DNA of 64,000 nucleotides from Escherichia coli (GCF_036507355.1 NZ_AP027877.1), one strand, 5' to 3'; positions 20,926 to 33,514 are shown, counted from the stretch's first letter. Notes: generated by a model from the sequence alone, not told the origin. Numbers and translations: made by a program.

Positions 20926-21267
20926 TTAGTTACCACTCAGCGCAGGTTTGTTATCAATATTGGTCAACACACCGCTACTGTTAAAGGTTAGCGTCAGCGT
21001 TTGCTGCGTTACACCTTCATGACCTGGTTGCTGGCGGAAGACATAGAACCAGGTATTCGTACCAAATGGATCGGACATCAGCGGTGTACCCAATGCGTAC
21101 GCAACTTGTTGTTGCGTCATGCCAACACGTATTTTGGATACGTCGTTAGCGGTCAGATAGTTCCCCTGGTTGATGTCAGGACGGTAAACCACTCGCTCCA
21201 GAGTGGAACAGCCTGCGGTCAACATCAATAGTACTGCTGCTGCAGCAGTCAGCGTTTTACAGCGCAT
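20926..21267 (-). CDS. bamE: Outer membrane protein assembly factor BamE (lipoprotein), 113 aa
   Basis: [36 protein letters not shown]... lipobox LTAGC. Confidence 0.93.
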
Positions 21268-21415
21268 AGTGATTTGATTCCTTTTCGGGCCCGAGCAGTA
21301 CGTGGCTCATCTGTAATATGCCGATGATAATAGACCTTTCATCACTTTAAAACCTTTTGCTTTCCGGTCTTACGGCGTTTTGCTGTTTACTCTGACCGTG
21401 AAGCAGGAAAAAAGT

Positions 21416-23077
21416 TTACGCCGCAAGCAGTTCTTTCGCATTCGCCAGTGTGTTACGTGTGACTTCACTGCCACCAAGCAGGCGCGCCAGCTCTTGTAAC
21501 CGCGCTTTTTTATCCAGAGATTGCATATGCGTTTCTGTCATCGCACCATCGGTTTCTTTGCTGACAAAATAGTGTTGATGACCACATCCCGCGACTTGTG
21601 GCAGGTGGGTAACACACATCACCTGAGTCGATTCGCCGAGTTGACGCAGCAGTTTGCCGACAACTGCCGCTGTTGGACCGCTAATCCCTACATCCACTTC
21701 ATCAAAAATCAGTGCCGGGGTTTCCATTTTACGCGCCGTGATAACCTGGATTGCCAGTGCGATGCGGGACAATTCACCACCGGATGCGACTTTGGCAATA
21801 GGCTGCATTGGCTGACCTGGGTTGGTGGTTACCCGAAACTCAATACGATCGGCACCGTCAGCGCCCAGGTGATGCTCGTCAAATTTAACATCGATCGTAA
21901 ACTGCCCATGCGGCATTGAGAGCGCATGCATACTGTCGGTGATCAGCTGTGCAAGTTCTTCTGCATATTGCTGGCGTTGTTGGTGTAATGCGCGCGCGGT
22001 TTCCAGTGCCTGCTGATGATGTTTCGTTACCGCCAGCGCGAGCGTTTCTTGTGAGTCGGCCTGATCGTCCAGTTGCTGCTGTTCTTCCAGTAGCGACTGG
22101 TAATACTGTGGTAATGCCTCAGGGCTGACGTGATGTTTACGTGCCAGCGAAATCTGTTTTGAGATGCGTTGTTCAAGTTCAAACAGCCGGTTGGGATCGA
22201 GATCCAAACGATCGCAGTAGTGGCGCAGTTCGTCGCTGGCTTCAGCAATCTGGATGGTAGCTTCTTCCAGCATATCAAGTACGCCGGACAGTTTGCTGTC
22301 CATGCCAATCAATTCGCTCACCAGTTGTTTAGCCGTGTAAAGCTGACTTTGCAGGTTTGCGTCTTCACCGTCGGCCATTAATGCCAATGCATTCTGGCTG
22401 GTGGTCAGCAATTGACCGCTGTTCGCCAGACGTTTGTACTCTTCGTCGATTTGCTCAAACTCTCCGGGCTGCGGATTAAATTCGTTAAGTTCTTTTAATT
22501 GGTATTGCAGCAGTTCCGCACGGGCAGCGCGTTCCTGACTTAACTGTTGATGATGCGCGAGGTCACGGCAGCTTTGATGCCACAACTGATAACGTGCGGT
22601 CATTTCCTGAAGTAGAGAGGTTTCATTGGCATAGCCATCAAGCAGGAATTTTTGGTGCTCGGGTTTGGTGAGTAACTGATGAGCGTGCTGACCATGGATC
22701 TGAATCAGCAACTGACCCAGTTCGCGCAGTTGTGACAGAGGAACAGCTGTACCGTTGATGAAACCACGGGAGCGACCATCGCTGCTGATCACGCGACGAA
22801 GCAAACATTCATGCCCGTCTTCAAGCTGGTTTTCTTCCAGCCAGCGCAGAGCCGCTGGCGTATCTTTCAGAGAAAAACGGGCGCACAGGTCAGCGCGAGC
22901 AGCGCCGGTACGCACCATGTCGGCTTCAGCGCGACCACCGAGACAAAGACCGAGGGCATCTATTGCAATAGATTTACCCGCGCCGGTCTCGCCAGTTATT
23001 ACGGTCATGCCGCTATGAAAATCAATCTCAAGCTCACGAACGATAGCAAAGTTGCTGATGGTCAGTTGTGCCAACAT
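21416..23077 (-). CDS. recN: DNA repair protein RecN (SMC-like ATPase), 553 aa
   Basis: [47 protein letters not shown]... Walker A. Confidence 0.95.
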   Translation of the reverse strand: MLAQLTISNFAIVRELEIDFHSGMTVITGETGAGKSIAIDALGLCLGGRAEADMVRTGAARADLCARFSLKDTPAALRWLEENQLEDGHECLLRRVISSDGRSRGFINGTAVPLSQLRELGQLLIQIHGQHAHQLLTKPEHQKFLLDGYANETSLLQEMTARYQLWHQSCRDLAHHQQLSQERAARAELLQYQLKELNEFNPQPGEFEQIDEEYKRLANSGQLLTTSQNALALMADGEDANLQSQLYTAKQLVSELIGMDSKLSGVLDMLEEATIQIAEASDELRHYCDRLDLDPNRLFELEQRISKQISLARKHHVSPEALPQYYQSLLEEQQQLDDQADSQETLALAVTKHHQQALETARALHQQRQQYAEELAQLITDSMHALSMPHGQFTIDVKFDEHHLGADGADRIEFRVTTNPGQPMQPIAKVASGGELSRIALAIQVITARKMETPALIFDEVDVGISGPTAAVVGKLLRQLGESTQVMCVTHLPQVAGCGHQHYFVSKETDGAMTETHMQSLDKKARLQELARLLGGSEVTRNTLANAKELLAA

Positions 23078-23103
23078 AGTTGTTTTCCTGTATGAAAAAC
23101 CAT

Positions 23104-23144
23104 TACTGTTATTGTGTACAGTATAAACTGGTTTTATATACAGT
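23104..23144 (-). promoter_or_regulatory. Tandem LexA (SOS) boxes in the recN promoter
   Basis: tactgttattgtgtacagta (23104-23123) and actggttttatatacagt (23127-23144) fit CTGT-N8-ACAG. Confidence 0.7.
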
Positions 23145-23162
23145 AAAGAGGCTGGCGTAAAA

Positions 23163-24041
23163 TTAGAATAATTTTTTTGACCAGCCGAGCTTGGTGCTTA
23201 ATGTATTGAAATAACTGTAATCTTTCGGATGAATCAGATTCAGATGGTAATCACAGCGACGAATCAGGACATCTTCACCTTCCTGAATCGGCAGTGCTAT
23301 CTGGCTGTCGCAACTGATTTCCAGGTCGTTACGGCGATGCGAAAAACGCAGACGGATCGTGCTGCTGCTGTTTATGACCAGTGGTCGTGCTGACAACGTA
23401 TGCGGGAACATGGGCACCAGGGTAATCGCATCCAGAGAGGGGGTCAGAATAGGACCGCCCGCAGAGAGGGAATAGGCGGTGGAGCCTGTTGGCGTCGAAA
23501 TAATTAGCCCATCAGATCGCTGAGAAAACGCAAAGATCTCGTCGATATACACTTCGAACTCTATCATATGCGCCACTTTGCCTGGATGAAGTACCACTTC
23601 ATTTATCGCGGTGCTGATGCGCTTTTGGCAATCTTGCTGACAGACTTGCGCTTCCAGCAAAAAACGTTTCTCGCTGATGTAGTGACCTTCCAGCACATCG
23701 GCTAATTGTTGCTGGGCGTTATCGGGGTCAAGGTCAGTCAGGAAACCCAGGTTGCCACGGTTGATTCCAATAACTTTAATATCGTAACGGGCGAGCGTGC
23801 GCGCCGCGCCCAGCATATTACCGTCGCCGCCAACGACTACCGCGAGATCAGCCAGTTGCCCAATCTCCGCGAGCGTGCCAGTTTTCACATTCTTCAGTTG
23901 CAGTTCGTGAGCGATTTGTTGCTCAACGATGACCTCGTAACCTTTTGTGCACAGCCAGCGGTAGAGCATTTCATGTGTTGTCAGTGCAGTAGGGTGCCGT
24001 GGGTGTCCCACAATGCCAATACACTTGAAATGATTATTCAT
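23163..24041 (-). CDS. nadK: NAD kinase, 292 aa
   Basis: [30 protein letters not shown]...[11 protein letters not shown] motif. Confidence 0.93.
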
Positions 24042-24089
24042 TTTTCCGAGGTCCTTGTTGCGAAGATTGATGACAATGTGAGTGCTTCC

Positions 24090-24118
24090 CTTGAAACCCT
24101 GAAACTGATCCCCATAAT
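24090..24118 (+). promoter_or_regulatory. Sigma-32 heat-shock promoter of grpE
   Basis: CTTGAAA (24090-24096), 13-nt spacer, CCCCATAAT (24110-24118). Confidence 0.7.
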
Positions 24119-24130
24119 AAGCGAAGTTAG

Positions 24131-24757
<627 letters not shown>

Positions 24758-24780
24758 TTTCTGTTTTCGTAATAATTCAC

Positions 24781-24810
24781 GGCCCTGCATGCGAATGCAG
24801 GGCCGTTTTC
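24781..24810 (+). terminator. Rho-independent terminator after grpE
   Basis: ggccctgcat-gcga-atgcagggcc followed by gttttcg. Confidence 0.75.
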
Positions 24811-24811
24811 G

Positions 24812-26074
24812 TTACTCCGCCACACTCTCGCGCAGCGGTTTCACAGGAAAAACTTTTACCTGCTTAATCATATTGTCCTGTACGTCGAGAATATCTATAT
24901 CGTACTCGCCAATACGCACGCGGGTGCCTGCGACAGGGATCTCTTCCAGTGCCTCAAGAATGACGCCATTAACCGTGCGGGCATCATCTTCCGGTAGATG
25001 CCAGTTAAAGGCTTTGTTGATTTCCCGCACGTTGGCGGTGCCATCGATAATCACCGAACCGTCGTTTTGCGGCGTGACCTCTTCGGCAAGTGTTGGCGAC
25101 ATCGACGTAGTGAAATCGCCGACAATCTCTTCCAGAATATCTTCAACCGTCACCAGCCCCTGAATGTCTCCATACTCGTTGACGACCAGGCCGACTTTCT
25201 TTTTGTTGCGCTGAAACTTTACCAACTGCGTGCTGAGCGGCGTACCTTCCGGCACAAAATAGATCTCGTCTGCGGCGCGTAGCATGGTTTCTTTGGTGAA
25301 CTCTTTTTTCTCCGACATCAACCGCCAGGCTTCACGTACTCGCAGCATACTGATGGCGTCGTCCAGCGAATCACGGTAGAGCACGATGCGCCCGTGAGGT
25401 GAGTGGGAGAGTTGGCGCAGAATAGATTTCCAGTCATCGTTGATATCAATACCGATAATTTCACTGCGCGGCACCATGATGTCATCAACGGTCATTTTTT
25501 CCAGATCGAGCACCGACAGCAGCATATCCTGATTGCGACGGGAAATTTGTGAGCGTGATTCGTGCACGATAGTGCGCAACTCTTCTTTGCTCAAAGAGCC
25601 GCTAACCACGATATCGGTTTTGATACCCATCATGCGCATCAGCATACGGGTGATAGCATTCAGCAACCAGACCAGCGGCATCATCAAAATTTGCAGCGGA
25701 GCCAGCAGAAAACTACTCGGATAAGCGACTTTTTCCGGGTACAGCGCGGCAATGGTTTTCGGCAATACCTCAGCAAATACCAGTACGACAAAAGTCAGCA
25801 CACCAGTCGCAATTGCCACGCCTGCATCACCGTACAAACGCATCCCAACAATAGTGCCGAGCGCGGAGGCAAGAATATTGACCAGGTTATTGCCGATTAA
25901 CACCAGGCTTATCAGGCGGTCTGGCTTACGCAGCAATTTTTCGACGCGTTTGGCCGAGCGATTACCCTGTTTCGCCATATGTCGCAGACGATAGCGGTTG
26001 AGGGTCATCATTCCGGTTTCGGACCCGGAAAAATAGGCTGAAATGACCACCATGATGATCAGAATAATGATCAA
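24812..26074 (-). CDS. yfjD: UPF0053 inner membrane protein (DUF21 + CBS pair + CorC/HlyC domain), 420 aa
   Basis: Full-length ORF; hydrophobic N-terminus followed by soluble C-terminal region. Confidence 0.88.
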   Translation of the reverse strand: MIIILIIMVVISAYFSGSETGMMTLNRYRLRHMAKQGNRSAKRVEKLLRKPDRLISLVLIGNNLVNILASALGTIVGMRLYGDAGVAIATGVLTFVVLVFAEVLPKTIAALYPEKVAYPSSFLLAPLQILMMPLVWLLNAITRMLMRMMGIKTDIVVSGSLSKEELRTIVHESRSQISRRNQDMLLSVLDLEKMTVDDIMVPRSEIIGIDINDDWKSILRQLSHSPHGRIVLYRDSLDDAISMLRVREAWRLMSEKKEFTKETMLRAADEIYFVPEGTPLSTQLVKFQRNKKKVGLVVNEYGDIQGLVTVEDILEEIVGDFTTSMSPTLAEEVTPQNDGSVIIDGTANVREINKAFNWHLPEDDARTVNGVILEALEEIPVAGTRVRIGEYDIDILDVQDNMIKQVKVFPVKPLRESVAE

Positions 26075-26118
26075 CGTAGTAGTAGAAATGTGTTCCAGGG
26101 GAAACTCCTTTTCTGGGT

Positions 26119-26910
26119 TTAGCTGATTAACTGCTGGACAATTCGGCTGCCGAAGTAGGCCAGTGTCAGAATAACTGCACCCGCAACGTTAAACCAGACG
26201 ACGCGGCGTCCACGCCATCCTTCATGATAATGTCCCCACAGCAGCACAATATAGACAAACCACGCCACGATAGAGAGCACAGCCTTGTCGATATTTTCCA
26301 TGCTAAATAAGTTGTGCATGTAGAACAGGCCAGTGCAAAGCGTGAGCGTTAGCAGCACCACGCCAATCTGCGTGATGTGGAACATTTTACGCTCGATACT
26401 CATCAATGGCGGCATTTCCTGGTTAAACGCCAGCTTCTTGTTCTTCAGTTGGTAATCAATCCACGCCAGTTGCAGCGCGTACAGGGCGGCGATAATTAGC
26501 GTGGCATAGGAAAAGAGCGATAAGCCAATGTGCACCAGCATCCCAGGCGTAGCTTCCAGATGGGTGATGTATTCATTGGGCATGAAGGTCGCCAGCGCCA
26601 GGTTGATAAGTGCAAAGGCATAGACAATGGGTAGCAGCAACCAGCCACGATTGCGAGAAGCCACAATGGTCATTACCGTACAGATCATCAAACTGACCAA
26701 TGAACCAACGTTCAGCAGGCTGAGGTTTTGTCCGCTATCACCGTCGGGCAGGATGCGGGCTTCCAGAGCGATTGCGTGGCAGACCAGCGCAATGACCGCA
26801 GAAATAATAGCCATGCGCCGCCAGCCGCCGTTTTTTTGCAGCAGACCGGGAACAATCAGCGCAAGACTGACGGAGTAGGCGACAAGCGCGAGCAGAGCAA
26901 AAACGGGCAT
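26119..26910 (-). CDS. ypjD: Inner membrane protein YpjD (cytochrome c assembly-like), 263 aa
   Basis: ORF 26119-26985; start placed at ATG 26908-26910 (MPVFALLALVAYSVSLALIVPG...). Confidence 0.82.
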   Translation of the reverse strand: MPVFALLALVAYSVSLALIVPGLLQKNGGWRRMAIISAVIALVCHAIALEARILPDGDSGQNLSLLNVGSLVSLMICTVMTIVASRNRGWLLLPIVYAFALINLALATFMPNEYITHLEATPGMLVHIGLSLFSYATLIIAALYALQLAWIDYQLKNKKLAFNQEMPPLMSIERKMFHITQIGVVLLTLTLCTGLFYMHNLFSMENIDKAVLSIVAWFVYIVLLWGHYHEGWRGRRVVWFNVAGAVILTLAYFGSRIVQQLIS

Positions 26911-27076
26911 AGTAATGTCGACAGTTTGAGCAATAAGAAAGAGAAGCAGTATAGCGTCAGGTGAACGCTGCTCCAACCGTTGCATAACAACAAAGACGCC
27001 TTCATGTTATACTGCGGCAAAATACTGATGATGTGTCGCGATTGCGGCCAACCGTTTCCACCCCAGGCGAGAGACA

Positions 27077-28438
27077 ATGTTTGATAATTTAACCGATCGT
27101 TTGTCGCGCACGCTGCGCAATATCAGTGGCCGTGGACGCCTCACTGAAGACAACGTAAAAGATACGCTGCGCGAAGTGCGCATGGCGCTGCTGGAGGCGG
27201 ACGTCGCTCTGCCGGTAGTGCGTGAGTTTATCAATCGCGTAAAAGAGAAAGCGGTTGGTCATGAAGTTAATAAGAGCCTGACGCCGGGGCAGGAGTTCGT
27301 CAAAATCGTCCGTAACGAACTGGTTGCGGCGATGGGCGAAGAGAACCAGACCCTGAACCTGGCTGCGCAACCGCCTGCGGTCGTACTGATGGCGGGCCTG
27401 CAAGGTGCCGGTAAAACAACCAGCGTTGGTAAACTCGGTAAGTTCCTGCGCGAGAAGCACAAGAAGAAAGTGCTGGTGGTTTCTGCCGACGTTTATCGCC
27501 CGGCGGCAATCAAACAGCTTGAGACGCTGGCAGAGCAGGTGGGCGTTGATTTCTTCCCTTCTGATGTTGGTCAGAAGCCGGTAGATATCGTTAACGCGGC
27601 GCTGAAAGAAGCCAAACTGAAATTCTACGACGTGCTGCTGGTGGATACCGCTGGTCGTCTGCACGTTGACGAAGCGATGATGGACGAGATCAAACAAGTC
27701 CATGCGTCGATTAACCCGGTTGAAACCCTGTTTGTGGTTGACGCCATGACCGGTCAGGATGCGGCCAATACGGCAAAAGCATTCAATGAAGCGTTACCGC
27801 TTACCGGCGTAGTGTTGACCAAAGTGGACGGCGATGCCCGCGGCGGTGCGGCGCTCTCTATTCGTCACATCACTGGCAAACCGATCAAATTCCTCGGTGT
27901 TGGCGAGAAAACTGAGGCGCTGGAGCCGTTCCATCCGGACCGCATCGCGTCGCGTATTCTCGGCATGGGCGACGTACTGTCGCTGATCGAAGATATCGAA
28001 AGCAAAGTTGACCGCGCGCAGGCAGAGAAATTAGCCAGCAAGCTAAAAAAAGGCGACGGCTTCGATCTCAACGACTTTCTTGAGCAACTGCGCCAGATGA
28101 AAAATATGGGCGGCATGGCCAGCTTGATGGGCAAACTGCCGGGCATGGGGCAGATCCCGGATAACGTCAAGTCGCAGATGGACGATAAAGTGCTGGTGCG
28201 TATGGAAGCCATCATCAACTCAATGACGATGAAAGAGCGCGCTAAGCCAGAAATCATCAAAGGTTCGCGTAAGCGTCGTATCGCCGCCGGTTGCGGGATG
28301 CAGGTACAGGACGTTAACCGCCTTCTGAAGCAGTTCGACGACATGCAGCGCATGATGAAGAAAATGAAGAAAGGCGGAATGGCGAAGATGATGAGAAGCA
28401 TGAAGGGAATGATGCCGCCGGGATTTCCTGGTCGCTAA
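27077..28438 (+). CDS. ffh: Signal recognition particle protein Ffh, 453 aa
   Basis: MFDNLTDRLSRTLRNISGRGRLTEDNVKDTLREVRMALLEADVALPVV...; GTPase and M domains. Confidence 0.96.
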   Translation: MFDNLTDRLSRTLRNISGRGRLTEDNVKDTLREVRMALLEADVALPVVREFINRVKEKAVGHEVNKSLTPGQEFVKIVRNELVAAMGEENQTLNLAAQPPAVVLMAGLQGAGKTTSVGKLGKFLREKHKKKVLVVSADVYRPAAIKQLETLAEQVGVDFFPSDVGQKPVDIVNAALKEAKLKFYDVLLVDTAGRLHVDEAMMDEIKQVHASINPVETLFVVDAMTGQDAANTAKAFNEALPLTGVVLTKVDGDARGGAALSIRHITGKPIKFLGVGEKTEALEPFHPDRIASRILGMGDVLSLIEDIESKVDRAQAEKLASKLKKGDGFDLNDFLEQLRQMKNMGGMASLMGKLPGMGQIPDNVKSQMDDKVLVRMEAIINSMTMKERAKPEIIKGSRKRRIAAGCGMQVQDVNRLLKQFDDMQRMMKKMKKGGMAKMMRSMKGMMPPGFPGR

Positions 28439-28496
28439 ATGACCTTATGCGACAGAGTTATTAACTGCTGATTGCATTTTCTCCAGAAATCAGTAA

Positions 28497-28823
<327 letters not shown>

Positions 28824-28841
28824 TCTGTCACGGTGGTCATG

Positions 28842-29390
28842 ATGAGCAAACAACTCACCGCGCAAGCACCTGTTGATCCCATCGTTTTGGGAAAAATGGG
28901 TTCGTCTTACGGTATTCGTGGGTGGCTCAGAGTGTTTTCTTCCACCGAAGACGCCGAAAGCATTTTTGACTATCAGCCCTGGTTTATCCAGAAGGCGGGT
29001 CAGTGGCAGCAAGTCCAGCTGGAAAGCTGGAAGCACCACAATCAGGACATGATCATCAAGCTGAAAGGCGTTGACGATCGTGATGCGGCGAACCTGCTGA
29101 CAAATTGTGAAATTGTCGTGGATTCATCGCAGCTGCCTCAGCTTGAAGAGGGTGACTACTACTGGAAAGACCTGATGGGCTGCCAGGTAGTAACCACTGA
29201 AGGCTACGATCTCGGTAAAGTCGTCGATATGATGGAAACCGGATCCAATGACGTTCTCGTCATTAAGGCAAACCTGAAAGATGCGTTTGGTATCAAGGAA
29301 CGTCTCGTACCGTTCCTCGATGGGCAGGTTATCAAGAAAGTCGATCTCACTACTCGTTCAATCGAAGTAGATTGGGATCCTGGTTTTTAA
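28842..29390 (+). CDS. rimM: Ribosome maturation factor RimM, 182 aa
   Basis: [37 protein letters not shown]... Confidence 0.93.
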
Positions 29391-29420
29391 ACCACCGGAT
29401 AAACGGTAAAAGACGGCGCT

Positions 29421-30188
29421 ATGTGGATTGGCATAATTAGCCTGTTTCCTGAAATGTTCCGCGCAATTACCGATTACGGGGTAACTGGCCGGGCAGTTAA
29501 AAATGGCCTGCTGAGCATCCAGAGCTGGAGTCCTCGCGATTTCACGCATGACCGGCACCGTACCGTGGACGATCGTCCTTACGGCGGCGGACCGGGGATG
29601 TTAATGATGGTGCAACCCTTGCGGGACGCCATTCATGCAGCAAAAGCCGCGGCGGGTGAAGGCGCAAAGGTGATTTATCTTTCACCACAGGGACGCAAGC
29701 TTGATCAAGCGGGCGTCAGCGAGCTAGCAACGAATCAAAAATTGATTCTGGTGTGCGGTCGCTACGAAGGTATAGATGAGCGCGTGATCCAAACCGAAAT
29801 TGACGAAGAATGGTCAATCGGCGATTACGTTCTCAGTGGTGGTGAGTTACCAGCAATGACGCTGATTGACTCCGTTTCCCGGTTTATTCCGGGAGTACTG
29901 GGACATGAAGCCTCGGCAACGGAAGATTCCTTTGCTGAAGGATTGCTGGATTGCCCGCACTATACGCGGCCTGAGGTGTTAGAAGGGATGGAAGTTCCGC
30001 CAGTGTTACTGTCGGGCAACCATGCCGAGATACGTCGCTGGCGTTTGAAACAGTCGCTGGGCCGTACCTGGCTTAGAAGACCTGAACTTCTGGAAAACCT
30101 GGCTCTGACTGAAGAGCAAGCAAGGTTGCTGGCGGAGTTCAAAACGGAACACGCACAACAGCAACATAAACATGATGGGATGGCGTAA
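29421..30188 (+). CDS. trmD: tRNA (guanine37-N1)-methyltransferase TrmD, 255 aa
   Basis: [31 protein letters not shown]... Confidence 0.95.
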
Positions 30189-30226
30189 GCCCCCGAGATA
30201 TCAGTTTACCCAGGATAAGAGATTAA

Positions 30227-30577
<351 letters not shown>

Positions 30578-30602
30578 GATTTCGCTTAAGCGACATCCTG
30601 TT

Positions 30603-30636
30603 AAGAAGGGCTGGCCAATTGGCTGGCCCTTTTTTT
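30603..30636 (+). terminator. Rho-independent terminator of the rpsP-rimM-trmD-rplS operon
   Basis: gggctggcc-aatt-ggctggccc stem (two G-U wobbles) followed by TTTTTT. Confidence 0.75.
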
Positions 30637-30652
30637 ATCTGTTTGCTCGTGT

Positions 30653-31135
30653 TTAAGGGGTAGTAATCACCACTGCGACGCGGCGGTTCTCGGCGCGGCC
30701 CTGGGCGGTCTTGTTACTGGCTATGGGATATTTTTTTCCTAAACCCTGTGTGGTGAGATTGCTGCGCGGAATTTGTCCACCCATAGCCCATGCATCGGCC
30801 ACGACATTCGCCCGTTTCAATGATAAGCCTTCGTTGTAACTATCTTCACCATAGTTATCGGTGTGTCCATCCATACGGGCATGTGTTAGCCCTGTCTAGG
30901 CCAATTTGGCTGCCATGGTTTGGATCTGTTGCTGGCTTTCCGGGAGCAATTTGTAGTCATTTTTTGCGAACAGAATGGCATCTGATAAGCCCAGCGACCA
31001 GTCGCCGGCGGATTCAGTAAATCCATAAGATTGCATAGCGGCGACTTGCTCAGGAGTAAACTTTCCCTGAGGGGACTGGCAGCCAGTCAGTATTAGTGAG
31101 GTGAAAATCAGGGGTGCTACCAGGTGCTTTATCAT
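30653..31135 (-). pseudogene. yfiB: yfiB (OmpA-like outer-membrane lipoprotein of the YfiRNB module) with one in-frame amber codon at 30896-30898
   Basis: ORFs 30896-31135 (MIKHLVAPLIFTSLILTGCQSPQ...MAAKLA) and 30653-30874 (MDGHTDNYGED...RRVAVVITTP) are one frame joined through TAG: ...AKLA*TGLTHARMDGHT...; total 160 codons. Confidence 0.8.
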
Positions 31136-31150
31136 ATCGATATATCCTTG

Positions 31151-32374
31151 TTATCTCACCAGCTTTTCGGCACGCTGGTGTTTGGCCTGATACATATTGT
31201 GATCGGCAAGCTCTTGTAATTTTTCCGCAGAGGCGTGCTCAATGGTCATCGCGTAACCAATGCTTAATGTCATGGTGGTCTGATGGCCATTATGAAGATC
31301 AAACGGGAGATTAAAGATTTGTGTCAGTGCTGAGCATATCTGCTGCACTTCAGATTCCGACTGTACACCATAGAGCACCATCGCGAATTCATCGCCGCCC
31401 AGGCGGTATGCTTTATGTCGTAGCCCGCCAAATTCAGCTAACCGTTTTGCGATTTCAATCAAGACTCTATCGCCCGTCGCATGACCCCAGGTATCATTGA
31501 TATATTTGAAATTATCGCCATCAAGAAATAGTAACGCCGACGTTTTTCGGGCATCGGAATTGTTCATCAACGTATTGATGCCGCTACGAAACGCTGCGCG
31601 GTTAGCCAGCCCGGTTAATGGGTCATGTAGCGCGGTACGCAGAAGCTGCGCATTTTTGGCCTGTAAACGAAGCTGCCACTCTTCCATTTCATCCAGCAGA
31701 CTGTTGAAGTCGAGAGCGAAGCGGTGAAACTCAGCGATACGTTCTTCCGAAACTCGTCGGGAAAAATTGCGGTTGGAACGCACATCATGTACGACATCGG
31801 TGATATTTTTCAGTGCTTCCACCAGGCCATTGTGCAAATGGCGGGTGAGGGTAATTGCGATTCCTGATGCCAGCAGAATACAACCGGTCAGTACGGCGAG
31901 CGAAAACCAGATAAAATGGCTGATTGAACTGTCGCGAGCGGTGAAGCGTACTTCGCCAATGGTTTCACCATTGTGACGAATCGGCTGAATGATGGGGGTA
32001 GGGAAGAGCCAGTGGCTTATGAAATTGCTGAAAGTATCGCCTGGATCCTTACGGGTGTAATGCTAGGATGCCAGAATATTTTGCTGCTTATCACGTACTT
32101 CTGCAGTTGAAAATTGCCCTTGCTGGCCCAGCGCTACCAGTGTTTCAGTTGCTGCAGGGCCATCGGCAAAAACGACCGCAGCTTCCAGGCTGTAAGTCAT
32201 TGTTGCAGCGGTTAGCGCCAGGTTTTTTTGCGCGTATTGTTTCAGGGTTAGCACTGACGTCACGGAAAGCAGCAACCAGATCAGCGTCATAGTGATAAAT
32301 ATGCTGGTCATGCTGATGTTGCGTAATGCTCTTTTAAACGTGGGGCGCTTATGAAGAGAATTATCGTTATCCAT
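31151..32374 (-). pseudogene. dgcN: dgcN/yfiN (membrane diguanylate cyclase, GGDEF) with one in-frame amber codon at 32063-32065
   Basis: ORFs 32063-32374 ([17 protein letters not shown]...NILAS) and 31151-31837 (...LGGDEFAM... GGDEF) lie in the same frame; sequence between is open: NILAS*HYTRKDPGDTFSNFISHWLFP...RHLHNGLVEAL. Confidence 0.8.
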
Positions 32375-32885
32375 CTTTTTTCTTCCGTGCGAGCATTAAG
32401 ACATCCGGGTTGACCTTAACACCACTCCGCGATAAGGCATCCAGGTTTACGGCAAATCTGACGTCATTATTGTGGATGATCAGACAAAAGGCGCTACCAA
32501 TAATGCACTCGGTATTTTGTTCGGCAATTAATAATAACGCCTTTGACGGATATTGTTCGGTTAATTCCATCTGGAATGTCGGTGACTCGTTGCCAAAATA
32601 AAAACCATTGCAGCCTGAAATCATCGCCTCTTGTTGAGTGTGAATGATGACAGGCAGATAAGGCAAAGATGTCGCGGCATTCTCTTGTAGGGCGGTACTA
32701 AAACGTGAAGATGAAAAGATACATAACTTTGGTGGCCCTGATAGCGCAGGCCAGCGGGTGTAGCTGATAATACCGGACACCATCATACGCACGTTTTTCG
32801 CAACGTCAGAAGGTTCCTGAGCGAGTATTGGTGCTCCCGTCAGCAGGATAATCAGCAGTAAGAACAGTCGGTGAGAAAAACGCAT
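32367..32885 (-). CDS. yfiR: YfiR, periplasmic repressor of DgcN, 172 aa
   Basis: [28 protein letters not shown]... signal peptide; stop overlaps dgcN start. Confidence 0.9.
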   Translation of the reverse strand: MRFSHRLFLLLIILLTGAPILAQEPSDVAKNVRMMVSGIISYTRWPALSGPPKLCIFSSSRFSTALQENAATSLPYLPVIIHTQQEAMISGCNGFYFGNESPTFQMELTEQYPSKALLLIAEQNTECIIGSAFCLIIHNNDVRFAVNLDALSRSGVKVNPDVLMLARKKKDG

Positions 32886-33034
32886 TCAGGGATCCCCACC
32901 ATCTTCGCTCGAAATGCATCGATATTTTTTCAGAATGCTCATTAAAATATCATTATTTCATGCAGTCGTCATCATTGTGAGAAATAAAACATAATGAGTA
33001 AAATCTTATGTTTAATTTATTTGTGGGGTTTTAA

Positions 33035-33400
33035 TTAATTTAATCGTATTGTGCTGGCATTTTCATCAGCCCCTTTTTGCCATACTTCATGCAGTTGGCT
33101 GGCATTTTCAACATTGTTGCAGCTGGCAGGAAAGCTTTTACCGGAAAGTCCTCGGGCATAAGTAAAATCGGTCTGGCAAGTTTTCTTTTGTCCTTCGGCA
33201 TATCCTTTAAGGTATAGACCGCGATCCGCCTGTGAATCGCTAAATGCATCGTCATCTTTTATGGCGCTGCCCGATATCGCATCTTCCATACCAACATCAT
33301 ACCAGTCGGTGCTGGTCAAGGTTGGCGCGTGAGTATAAGGATCAATCTGACATCCGCTAACCAGTAAAGCCAACAAGGGGGCGATAAACTTTTTCATCAT
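33035..33400 (-). CDS. yfiL: Lipoprotein YfiL, ~121 aa
   Basis: MMKKFIAPLLALLVSGCQIDPYTHAPTL... lipobox LVSGC; start chosen at second ATG pair of ORF 33035-33418. Confidence 0.8.
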   Translation of the reverse strand: MMKKFIAPLLALLVSGCQIDPYTHAPTLTSTDWYDVGMEDAISGSAIKDDDAFSDSQADRGLYLKGYAEGQKKTCQTDFTYARGLSGKSFPASCNNVENASQLHEVWQKGADENASTIRLN

Positions 33401-33445
33401 TTCTTTCTCCTTTTTCAAAGCATAGCGGATTGTTTTTAAAGGAGG

Positions 33446-33514
33446 TGTAAATTTATTTGTACGAAATAAGCATCAAAAGCGCGAGTAAATTGTTTCTGTA
33501 AAGAAAAATGTACG
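33446..33514 (+). promoter_or_regulatory. Putative TyrR boxes in the aroF-tyrA promoter region
   Basis: TGTAAATTTATTTGTACG (33446-33463) and TGTAAAGAAAAATGTACG (33497-33514) share TGTAAA-N6-TGTACG, close to the TyrR consensus TGTAAA-N6-TTTACA. Confidence 0.5.

Noticed and set aside
30653-32374. In-frame TAG codons as evidence of genome-wide amber recoding or a non-standard code
   Set aside because: Only two internal TAGs were found, both in one operon; all other genes in the window terminate normally and several end in TAG as ordinary stops. Nonsense mutations are the simpler explanation.
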